A stretch of DNA of 64,000 nucleotides from a virus. Position 1 is the first letter of the stretch; the number at the start of each line of letters is the position of its first letter. The stretch spans positions 12,394-76,393 of the IMG/VR virus record IMGVR_UViG_3300046792_000213; one strand, 5' to 3'. Shown in pieces: positions 63,899 to 64,000 of the stretch. The notes below the pieces were generated by a model. The model had not been told where the DNA came from, did no database searches, and worked only from the letters and a program-made list of their open reading frames with translations. Both the position numbers and the translations under genes were made by a program.

Positions 63899-64000
63899 TC
63901 AGGGGGTGTAGACGGTGGGGCGGGGCGCGGTGGGCATGTTGTTGCCGATGAAGAAGCTGGGGTGCGGGGGCTGGTTGTAGGCGGTGTTCTGTATGCGGGG
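63899..64000 (-). CDS. C-terminus of host rhamnogalacturonan lyase family 11 (partial)
   Basis: QNTAYNQPPHPSFFIG...PTVYTP*, typical YesW/YesX-type end. Confidence 0.65.
   Translation of the reverse strand, partial: PRIQNTAYNQPPHPSFFIGNNMPTAPRPTVYTP

Noticed and set aside
1-64000. CRISPR array, diversity-generating retroelement, retron or IS element
   Set aside because: No regularly spaced repeats, reverse transcriptase, TR/VR pair or transposase seen

Overview
The window is almost entirely a high-GC, Streptomyces-type temperate siphovirus prophage. Reading right to left on the minus strand it has: a tyrosine integrase with a repressor/Cro switch (61.1-63.8 kb); a long early operon (38.7-61.4 kb) with an antirepressor-like protein, PAPS-reductase-like protein, RecE/Sak4 pair, DEDD exonuclease, SLOG, HNH, WhiB, clamp-like, ASCH, Rep/helicase loader and an N4-C methylase; an accessory block (33.5-38.7 kb) with a Cre-like recombinase plus dif-like site, HNH, Ku and lipoproteins; a late regulator and tRNA cluster (29-31 kb); head, tail and lysis genes (3.7-28 kb); and a DinD/KilAC antirepressor. 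A plus-strand small-gene cluster at the left edge suggests the prophage continues beyond position 1. The last ~100 bp encode the C-terminus of a host RGL11-like lyase. The most notable unannotated signals are: (1) a circularly permuted, anticodon-less tRNA-like (YrlA/Y-RNA-like) element between tRNA-fMet and an atypical tRNA-Trp; (2) a C CCA AAA slippery site plus pseudoknot in the portal gene, predicting a short portal and a portal-MuF fusion; (3) three PafBC/RecA-NDp-like promoters, ahead of the antirepressor, the putative late regulator and a leaderless operon; (4) a Cre-HNH cassette with 15 CTCGAG sites in 1.9 kb, a hexamer I did not see elsewhere in the window. All family assignments come from motif recognition by eye, not database searches.
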